Source: Octopus sinensis (taxonomy: Eukaryota). From it: a stretch of DNA of 64,000 nt. Below, piece by piece: positions 54,227 to 64,000 of the stretch (the first letter of the stretch is position 1; each line of letters starts with the position of its first letter). The stretch lies in contig NC_043005.1 of NCBI RefSeq assembly GCF_006345805.1, forward strand, positions 71,362,001 to 71,426,000. Reading direction: 5' to 3'. The notes beneath the pieces are model-generated. The model saw nothing but the letters and a program-made list of their open reading frames with translations. It was not told where the DNA came from and did no database searches. A program made the position numbers and the translations under genes.

Positions 54227-55717
54227 GTAATGTAGTGGGTAACCGTAGTTTAACTTATACAGACAAGAAGAAAATGGAGGAAAAATAACAAACAGAAGTG
54301 TCTTTTGTGCTATTAAGCCATTATTTAATTAGTAAATAAAGGTGATATATATGTATATACATGTGTGTGTGTGTAAACTACTTTTCTTAGAAATACTGTA
54401 CTGCACTATGTTACAATGATTCCTTGTTGTAAGTGCATACTCAAACAATGACAGAGCATAGTACTTGTATGACCAATGTCACAGTTTGATTCGCAAAATT
54501 AACAATCTTTATGTTTGCACTGGAATTTTTTAATTATATTGGAAGTTTGTGATACATTCTAATTTTTTTTTAGCTTGTGCTGTTTTATAATAAGAAGTTT
54601 CTTCATTCTGGTGTTTTTGTAATATATTCTAAGAGGGAATTTTTGGCTAGGTGTGATACTGACTTGGTCATGGCATGATTTTAAAATTCAATGTTGGAAA
54701 AACGAAAAAGATCACCTGCATTTCTTATGATCCTTTGTGACACATCATTCTGCTAACATTTTGTTCTGAGAATTCTGTGGTGATAGCTTCAGAATTTTAA
54801 TGGACTAATGGATGTAGGAATGCTAATAATCTATGCTGAATGTACAAGACATATAAGAAAATTTTAATTTTTCTTAATAATGTTTCAAATTTTTGCACAA
54901 GGCCAGAAAGCTTGGGTGAGGGAATAAATCAATTACTTAGACTCCAGTTTTCAACTGGTACTTATTTTATCGACTCTGAAAGGGGTGAAAAACAAAGTAA
55001 CCCACAGTAGAATTTGAACCCCGGACACAAAGACAGATGAAATGTTGCTAAGCATTTCGACTCATTTCTAACAACCCTGCCAATTTTCCACCTTATTCTT
55101 CTTAATCCTGACCACACATGAAAATGGCCATATCTTTATTACATATTTGAAAGAGAGTTGTTCCCAATCTACATAATTACATATATATATACATATATGA
55201 ATGTTGTGTGTGAGAAAGCGAGAGAAGTGTTGTGGTCCTTGTTTAAAAATGAGCGCTCAACTATATAAATAGCAATAATTTATAATCCTTTGTACTAAAG
55301 GCAGAAAGACAAAGTTGACCTCAGTAAAATTTGAACTCAGAACATAAGAACAGATGAAATGAACTAAGTGTTTCATCCAGAGTGCTTCAGGTTCTGCCAG
55401 CTCACTGTCATGCAAGCATTTGTAATATAATTTAGTGATGATCATACCATCAATTACACATGACTCCCAGTTTTTCACATGTTTGAAAGACATGCTCATT
55501 AAGATTTTCATGAATTAAGGGTCAGTAGATTCTATACTAAAAGACACCCTCACACACACACACACATATAATGTAAAATAAGCTAAAATCTTTATGAGAA
55601 TTTATCAAGTAGTCAGCGTGAAAACCTCATAAGGGAAAAATTTATAATTATATAAATATATTTCTTTAATTTATAAAATATTATATTTATATTTATATTT
55701 AAATATATATATATTTA

Positions 55718-55869
55718 TATTAAGGGCATTACTACACGTAAATGACTCACGTTATGAGGGACTCTTGAAGTCAAAACTACCATAATAAATGATAATATTT
55801 ATTATGGTAGTTTTGACTTTAAGAGTCCTTCATTGCATGAGGCATTTATGTGCAGTAATACCCTTAATA
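55718..55869. repeat. Palindromic cassette with 73-bp arms and a 6-nt loop in TA-rich context
   Basis: 55718-55790 versus 55797-55869, 9 mismatches. Confidence 0.9.
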
Positions 55870-56265
55870 TATATGTGTGTGTGTGTGTTGGGATTATTCC
55901 AGTTTTCCTTTGCCAAATATACTCACAAGGCTTTTGTTGGCCTGAGGCTATAACAGGAGACACTCAACTAAGGTGCCATGCAGTGGGACTGAACCCAGAA
56001 CCATGTGCTTGGACAGCAAGCATTTTAACATACAATCACACCTGCTCATACTTTCAACTGAAGATTTTGAGCAGGGACACCAATGGACTGAAAAGAATAT
56101 TTATTAGTATGAGTAAATGCATAAATGAGATACAGTTTGTGTGTATGTGTGAGGGAAAGTGAAAGAGAGAGAGAAAGACCAAAGGAGAAAGAAAAATGGA
56201 ATTTGGTGAGACAAAGTGATGCTTTGTTCTACTAACATGCTCACTCAACTGATACTCTATTGCAG

Positions 56266-56305
56266 CTTCCAATCTCTCTACATTTCCATTCTTGGGCCAA
56301 ATCTA
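56266..56305 (+). CDS. Candidate 40-nt exon (FQSLYISILGPNL)
   Basis: TACTAAC branch point at 56230-56236, tgcAG acceptor, GTATGC donor. Confidence 0.25.
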
Positions 56306-56542
56306 GTATGCGCCATGCACTCCTTGGACTGGAATTTCATTTATTCTTGCCCCTACACTGAGCTGCATCCATATCACTCTGCAAAATGTGTTAACAATTT
56401 CTTAGGAAACAGTGATGCTGCTTCAATTCGGGCAAATATGTGTGTGTGCATGCACATGTACACACATATATATGTACTTATGCACACGTACATACATGAA
56501 TACACATATCATATGATTTGTATATATGTATGTACTCTTTTA

Positions 56543-56569
<27 letters not shown>

Positions 56570-56573
<4 letters not shown>

Positions 56574-57058
56574 TTGTTTCAGTCATTTGACTGTGGCCAT
56601 GCTGGAGCACATTTAGTTGAGCAAATCGACTCCAGGACTTATTCTTTGTAAGCCTAGTACTTATACTATCCGTCTCTTTTGCCGAGCCGCTAAGTTACAG
56701 AGATCTAAACACACCAGCATTGGTTGTCACGTGATGTTGGGGGGACAAACACAAATACACACATACATATGAATATATATATATATATTATATATATATA
56801 TATAATATATATATATATATTATATATATATATATATCTTTCTCTTTCTCTTTTTCTCTTTTACTTGTTTCAGTCATTTGACTGCGGCCATGCTGGAGCA
56901 CCGCCTTTAATCGAGCAACTCGACCCCAGGACTTATTCTTTGTAAGCCCAGTACTTATTCTATCGGTCTCTTTTTTGCCAAACCGCTAAGTGACGGGGAC
57001 GTAAACACACCAGCATCGGTTGTCAAGCGATGCTAGGGGGACAAACACAGACACACAA

Positions 57059-57089
<31 letters not shown>

Positions 57090-57255
57090 CGACAGGCTTC
57101 TTTCAGTTTCCGTCTACCAAATCCACTCACAAGGCATTGGTCGGCCTGGGGCTATAGCAGAAGACACTTGCCCAAGATGCCATGCAGTGGGACTGAACCC
57201 GGAACCATGTGGTTGGTTAGCAAGCTACTTACCACACAGCCACTCCTGCGCCTAT
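56570..57255 (-). mobile_element. Two adjacent SINE family A copies (56570-56760 partial, 56858-57255 full)
   Basis: Tail motif appears twice, head once. Confidence 0.88.
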
Positions 57256-57299
57256 ATATATACTTATATATTAAAAAAATTTAAATTTAAAAAAAACAC

Positions 57300-57538
57300 A
57301 AATTTTTCATGGCCGTTGCCAGTGTCGCCTGACTGGCCCTCGTGCTGGTGGCACATAAAAGCACCCACTACATTCTCAGAGTGGTTGGCATAAGGAAGGG
57401 CATTCAGCTGTAGAAACTCTGCCAGATCAAGACTGGAGCCTGGTGCAGCCATCATCTGGTTCACCAATTCTCAGTCAAATCGTCCAACCCATGCTAGCAT
57501 GGAAAGCGGATGTTAAACAATGATGATGATGATGATGA
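57300..57538 (+). mobile_element. SINE-like family B
   Basis: Core and (GAT)n tail. Confidence 0.85.
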
Positions 57539-57796
57539 TATATATATATATATATATATGTATATACATATATACGACGGGCTTCTTTCAGTTTCTGCCT
57601 ACCAAATTCACTCGCAAGGCTTTGGTCGACCCAAGGCTATAGTGTAAGACACTTGCCCAAGGTTCCACACAGTGGGATTGAACCCAGAACCATGTGGTTG
57701 GTAAGCAAGCTACTTATCACATATATGGAAAATGCCTTGTAATATATTTAGGAAGACTATAGTTCGAATGATTATTCAATGCAGAATTATATAGTG

Positions 57797-57846
<50 letters not shown>

Positions 57847-58140
57847 ATGATTGTAGGGGTGGGGGTGTACTTCTGCATCCAGCACATTCATTTCTTCAAT
57901 GATTTATAGAACTTGACATCAAACAGTTTTCGCAAAGATTCAAGGCCGGCAGCTATCACAATTTATGTTGTGATTTCAGCTTGACATTCTTTTCCCTTTT
58001 TACCTGTCTTCTCTACACACAACACGTCGTTCTCATGCAAGCAGCGATTTCATCTTTAGGAGGGTACCTGGTCTCTTATTCTCCCGTCATTCATCCAACC
58101 CCTGGGATGACAATGAACCAAAACTCCAAATAGCATTTTT

Positions 58141-58347
58141 CTATCTCTTTGGAAATCCTCTCCTCTTAAATATCACTGCTGGCTTGAGCTTAGTCCCATC
58201 TGTTACACACACAATTACGACAGTAAAATGTATCCTTTTATCTCCTGTGATCCTCACATGAATAGACTTCCTTCCTTTGATACGAAATGCATGGTTTCTT
58301 GGGAGATCAAATAACGCAGGAGCTTCACTGATATTACCAACATTCAA
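58141..58347 (-). mobile_element. pogo/Tigger DDE transposase fragment
   Basis: VGNISEAPALFDLPRN..KGRKSIHVRITGDKRIHFTVVIVCVTDGTKLKPAVIFKR matches the pogo DDE_1 region (GNMDETP..TG.EK..FTVVL..ADG.KL.P.VIFK). Confidence 0.85.
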
Positions 58348-58427
58348 AAAATAAACAGGTGAGATAAAATTATCTTCTATGACACATGGTCACATGGTAG
58401 TTCCTACGATGATATTATTATTGTCAA

Positions 58428-58459
<32 letters not shown>

Positions 58460-58467
58460 CACTTCTG

Positions 58468-58520
<53 letters not shown>

Positions 58521-58562
58521 TTTACTTTTACTTTTATTATTATTATTATTATCATCATCATC

Positions 58563-58596
<34 letters not shown>

Positions 58597-60360
58597 TCTT
58601 GTTATAGACAGAGTTAATTTTTCTCCCCAAAACTACAGGTCTGTCCATTAGAAACTTTAAATGATGGTCTCGGAACTATCTTGTTTGCCTACAATATCAT
58701 CTGAAATGGAGTTATGATGTAGATGTAGTTACCACTCCTATGTTCAGTGGTGAATGTATTTATCAGTTCTTTGTACATCTCTGGATCTAGAACTTGCTTG
58801 TTTGCCTCTAGGTCAGAGTTTCATGAAAGAATTAGTAATAAAGGGGATTTAATGGAAAACTGGGCATAAGATTAATCAAATGTTGTGTGCAAGAAAGAAG
58901 ACTGCACTAATATGAAAAACTGATGTGTAAGGATGAGAACAATTGTATATAGAAGAACCAATTGCTGGGTGCAGCTGGAACTTGTGGAAGAGGGAGAACC
59001 AAGAAGGAATGGGATTAAACAGACAAGGTTGACCTCTGGACCCTGAACCTGAGAGAGATGACAAAAGACCAGGACTTCTGGTGATATGAGGTTTCTAAGA
59101 GACCCCCTCTCATCAGTGAAATTGAGTTCAAAAAGTTTTATGTGTTGTGCTCTCCACCCAGGTTACAATGACTTGTCTCCCACTCCAATGTGTTAGGCTT
59201 GCATCTTCTCCCCACCTGACTCCTGTAGAGCACCCGACTGCATCATCCCTCTCTATTATTCATCCCCTGACAACCAATCATCTTTACTATTCCTTTTCTA
59301 TACCTCCACCACCCTCCTCTGCATTCCTCCATCTCCCCTAATTCATGGCTCCTTGTTCATCCACCCCTCAACCCTACCCATTTAGGCAATCTCCTTCCCA
59401 TCCCCTCATTCTCTGTCCCTTACAATCTTGCAGACCAATTCTTCAACTCACCTTGTGCCTTGAGGGACCACCTAAGCACCAAAATCTATCTCCTGCAGCT
59501 CCTATTCATCATTCTCTCTTCTTCTCCTTTCTCCAACTTGATGTGAGTAGCCATGCAGATCCTCTGCAAGAACCTGTTTTATCACTTCAACTCCTTCTCA
59601 TAGTTTAATCCCCTCATTCTCAAGAATGAAGCTGACACTCCCCTCCCAGCTTTTGTACTTCTGTGGGATGTATGTCAACATCAATAGTGCACCCAGTTCA
59701 GGTCATAAAAGTGGTTGGCATCCTGCCATAGAAAAACCATGCCAAAGCAAACATTGGAACACAATGCAGTCCTTAGACACATCAGATCCTGTCAAAAGTC
59801 CAATCCATGCCAGCATGGAACACAAATGTTAAGTGGTGCTGGTGCTGATGGTGATGATGATGATGACGATGATGATGACGATGATGATGCGATGGTGATG
59901 ATGGTGGTGGTGGTAGTGATGATGATGATGAGGAGGAGGAGTTGTTGGTGGTGGTGGTGGTGGTGGTGGTTGGTGATGATGATGAGGAGGAGGTGGAGGT
60001 GGAGGATGTGCATCCTCTTTCTCCTTTATTTCAAATCCAAACTTCTAATAACTCCAAATATTATAAAGAAATGATTACCCCCACCTTGTGATATCTCTCT
60101 TTCTCTCTCCCTCTCCACACACACATATATACATGTGTGTGGTCTATATGTGTGTGGTCTATGTGGTACATGTGTGTATATGTGTGTGTGTGTTTTGTAT
60201 ATACTAACCTTGTCTGTTTGTGGTGGGGTGCATGCATTTTTGTTTTATTTTCCTTCTTTTGTTTTGTTTTGTTTTTTTTTTCAATCAACTTGGGATACGA
60301 GACAGAAATTACTGAGAAACACTGCTCCAGGCAAATTTTTCCTTTAACACTGAGTAAGAA

Positions 60361-60486
60361 TTAGTTTTGCTTTCTCGAGACTCTCACAACTTTCTCTGAT
60401 AAAGAAAACTCCTTCTCAGCATTTCTGTTACCATTAACTTCTGCAGATTCCACAACTTCATATTTGAAGACAGCAACATGATAAAC
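60361..60486 (-). mobile_element. pogo N-terminal Brinker-type DNA-binding domain remnant
   Basis: My translation VYHVAVFKYEVVESAEVNGNRNAEKEFSLSEKVVRVSRKQ resembles BrkDBD (Y...FKL.VV..AE..GNR.A...F..SEK.VR.WRKQ). Confidence 0.75.
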
Positions 60487-61384
60487 TTTTTCTCATTATA
60501 CCAGCAGTTGTAATTAAAACAGCGCCTGACATGAAGCAAAATTTTACTCTTTCATAAGTAATTTTTTAACAAGTTTATACTATGATAAACAAACCTTAAC
60601 AAAACCTTGTTTCTTTTCTTCATTTCTTCTTACTTTCATAGCCATCATTCTCTCTGTATTTTCTTAATTTTCACCATTTGCACCTTTGTTTTCTTTTTCT
60701 TTTTTTTTTTTTTGTATTTTTTTCTTCAGATTTTACTGTAAACTCTGTCACCATTCTGTCAACCAATCATCTTTGTTTACTGCTTCATCAGCTAGTTCTT
60801 TCTAGAACACACCATTGTATGTTTAAAGATCAAGTTTTTCTTTTTAATATTTTCATTATTCTCACCACCATTTCTGTCAATTATCTTTATTTAACTCATC
60901 AATTAAACTTTATTGTATTCATATAATCACTGAACTCTTTAACAAATTTACAAATGGCAAGTCCAAAAGATCAGGCGTAGAATAATTTTTTCAACGTAGT
61001 TTCCACACTTTCATAACAAAGATAATTTATTCAAAATGACAGCACACATACCAAATATACACTCATGAGATTTAGCATACATATATTAACAGATGGTTGT
61101 GATGACAATAAAATATCTTGTACAAGATTTGTTAGCTTTGTGCATAAGGTACAAATCTGATTTTTATGACTGAAATCTGTTCAGAGAAAGGGAGAATGAA
61201 TTTTTCTGTATGATGAAATATAGCATGTAATGTTCATGCATGCCTGCATATGTGTGTGTGTGAGTACATATATCGTTAGTACATATATCCAAAAAGTAGC
61301 ACACTCTAAAGCATTAGAACAGTAATATGTTTTACATATACATACAAACACACACACACTCACGCACACACACACACATATGAT

Positions 61385-61623
61385 ACGTAAAAAGCACCAA
61401 CCAATTGTGGCCGTTTGCCAGCCTCCTCTGGCCCCTTGTGCCAGTGGCACATAAAAAGCACCCACTACACTACACAGTGGTTGGCATTAGGAAGGGCATC
61501 CAGCTGTAGAAAAACTGCCAGATCAGACTGGAGCCTGGCACAGCCTCCTGGCTTCCCTGACCCCAGTCAAACCGTCCAACCCATGCTAGCACAGAAAACG
61601 GATGTTAAACGATGATGATGATG
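61385..61623 (+). mobile_element. SINE-like family B
   Basis: Core and (GAT)n tail. Confidence 0.85.
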
Positions 61624-61624
61624 A

Positions 61625-62660
61625 AGTATCAGTCCTCATCCTCCTCTTGTTCACCATAGTCCTCCAGGTAACAACAGAGAACTTTAAGTCAAGCTGCCCC
61701 TGGGAGTTCCTCTATGCTGATCACTTTGATCTTGTGGCTGAATCACTATCAGAACTAGAGAAGAAATTTCAGGTGTGGAATCAAGGTTTAGAATCAAAGG
61801 GCCTTAAAGTTAATTTAGCAAAAACCAAAGTCTTGGTAAGTAGGAAAGCAGATAAATCACAAATTCCTTCAGGTAGATGGCCCTGTTCAGTATGGAGAAA
61901 ATGTGTTGGTGGAAACTCCTTAAGATGTAACCAGTACAAGCTATGGACATATGAGGTGCAGCAGTATCAGAGGAAGGTTAACAAGGAAAATAGTCTTTGT
62001 GTGTGGCAGCTGTACAGGTACAATAAACACTAGAAATGTGCAGAAAACAGACCCCTTCAAATGCCAGGGGGATACCTAGAAGTAGTTGATAGCTTCCATT
62101 ACCTAGATGACCAAGTCAGCAGCAGAGGTTGGTGCTCCAAGAGCATAGCTGCTAGAATAAGAATGGACTGAGCAAAGTTCAGAGAGCTTCTACTTTTGTT
62201 GGTAACCAAGGGCCTCTTCCTCAGAGTGAAAGGAAGATTGTATGCTGTCTGTGTGTTAACAGTCATGCTACACAGCAGTGAAATACGGGCTGTGACCGCT
62301 GAGGACATGCATAGGCTTGAAAGAAATGAGGATGGTATGCTGGACGTGCAATGTCAGTGTGCATTCGCGACAGAGTGTAACTGTCCTGAGAGAAAAATTG
62401 GGCATAAAAGTCATCATATGTAGTGTGCAAGAGAGACAACTGCACTTACCAAGTGATGCATATGAACAAGGACAGCAGTGTAAAGAAATGCCAACCCCTA
62501 ACTTTGGAAGGAACGTGTGGAAGAGGCAGACCTAGAAAGACAAGGTGGTGAAATATGATCTTCGAACATTAGGCCTCACAGAGGTGATGATAAGTGACTG
62601 AGACATTTGGCAATATGCCGTGCTTGAGAAGACTCATCAAGCTAAATGAAATCATAGTCA
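61625..62660 (+). mobile_element. RTE LINE, RT C-terminal half to 3' end
   Basis: CPWEFLYADHFDLVAESLSELEKKFQVWNQGLESKGLKVNLAKTKVL; KGRLYAVCVLTVMLHSSE. Confidence 0.92.
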
Positions 62661-62774
62661 TGACTGATGTTGGTCTCATGTATCAGGTCATTAACAATGA
62701 AATGTCCGATTTTGAACTGAAAGTTTATTTTACTTTATCTCAACAAATAGCAATGCAGTTAATCAAAGAATGCA

Positions 62775-63570
62775 TTTAAATTATCAACACAATTTTGCCA
62801 TTTTATTGGTAGCTTATTTATGTTGGCAGCGAAGAATTCTAGAGAGCAAGAGATGATGAAATCGTGAAAGGTTGTTTTTACATCTTTTTCAGATTTGAAG
62901 TTTTTCCCTTGCAAAAAAGTTGTCTAATGGCTGGAAAAGGTGATAGTCAGTGTAATGTCTGGTGAATATGGTGGATGACAGAGTACTTCCACGTTCAGTT
63001 CCTGTAACTTGAGTAGCATTCTTTTGTGCAACATGTGGTCGAGTATTGTCTTGCAAGAGAATTGGCCTCTCTCTATTGACTAATCTCGGTTGTTTAATTG
63101 CAAGTTCACTCATTATTTCATCCAACTGGTTGATGTATACATCTGCTGTAATTGACCTGCCAAGTCTTATGAAGTTGTAGTAGATGACATCAGCGCCGGA
63201 CCACAAAACAGACACCATTACCTTTTTTGGTGTATATTCTTTCTTGAATTGTGTTTTGGCACTTTGTCTCTATCCAAGCACTGTGTAGAGCACTTACTAT
63301 TGTTAAAAAGAAACCATTTTTCATCGCCCATAACAATACGATGCAAAAATGGTTTGCTTTTATGCCATGACAGCAAAGAACAGCAAATTTCAAGATGACG
63401 TGTCATTTGATGCTTGATCAGTTCATGTGGTATCCACTTACCCAGCTTCTTTACCTTGCCAATTTGTTTCAGATGGTCCAATACAGTTGGAGTCGAAACA
63501 TAAAACCTTGCTGCTAACTCACATGTAGTTTGAGATGTATCTGCTTCCACTACAGATTCCAGCTAATCCT
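62775..63570 (-). mobile_element. Mariner transposase remnant, 5'-truncated
   Basis: GKVKKLGKWIPHEL..FLHRIVMGDEKWFLFNN..; VLWSGADVIYYNFI..PILLQDNTRPHV. Confidence 0.92.
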
Positions 63571-63649
63571 TATCCACCTTGGTCTCAGGTGTACCACAGG
63601 GCTGATATACAAGAGAAAACTCGCAATATAATCAGAATTGTATTTTTTT

Positions 63650-64000
63650 TGTATACTCTTTTACTCTTTTACTCTTTTACTTGTTTCAGTCATTTGACTG
63701 CGGCCATGCTGGAGCACCGCCTTTAGTCGAGCAAATCGACCCCGGGACTTATTCTTTGTAAGCCCAGTACTTATCCTATCGGTCTCTTCTGCCGAACCGC
63801 TAAGTGACGGGGACGTAAACACACCAGCAATGCTAGGGGGACAAACACAGACACACAAACACACACATTCATATATATATATATACATATATATGACAGA
63901 CTTCTTTCAGTTTCCGTCTACCAAATCCACTCACAAGGCTTTAGTCGGCCCGAGGCTATAGTAGAAGACACTTGCTCAAGGTGCCGCGCAGTGGGACTGA
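63650..64000 (-). mobile_element. SINE family A, running off the window edge
   Basis: Tail and body match the family. Confidence 0.9.

Noticed and set aside
58379-58651. Poly-Tyr or poly-Ile protein
   Set aside because: (TAT)n microsatellite
62775-63570. SETMAR-like domesticated gene
   Set aside because: Frameshifted, 5'-truncated mariner with no SET domain nearby

Overview
AT-rich, repeat-dominated eukaryotic DNA. The mix of repeat families and the (TA)n/(CA)n/(TATG)n density point to an octopus-like cephalopod genome; this is inference from sequence familiarity, not a database hit. No intact protein-coding gene is supported. Most ORF-track entries are microsatellite artefacts (YI/CV/HT repeats), and the protein-like ones are decayed transposon fragments: several mariners, a pogo split by later insertions, CR1-type and RTE LINE 3' parts, a Ty3/gypsy RT piece, a Helitron PIF1 helicase and a Penelope-like (PLE) RT. 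Four SINE-like families recur dozens of times; representative copies are listed with approximate boundaries. The most notable signal is a set of seven minimal type-I hammerhead ribozyme motifs in four sequence families between 8.6 and 32 kb, located in PLE-type termini and long inverted repeats. Four of them carry a compensatory U3:A8 pair in place of C3:G8. Several unrelated palindromic cassettes (about 50-450 bp) are also present, most in or beside TA-rich tracts, and one resembles a pre-miRNA. A few phase-compatible candidate exons suggest the window may be intronic, but they are low confidence.
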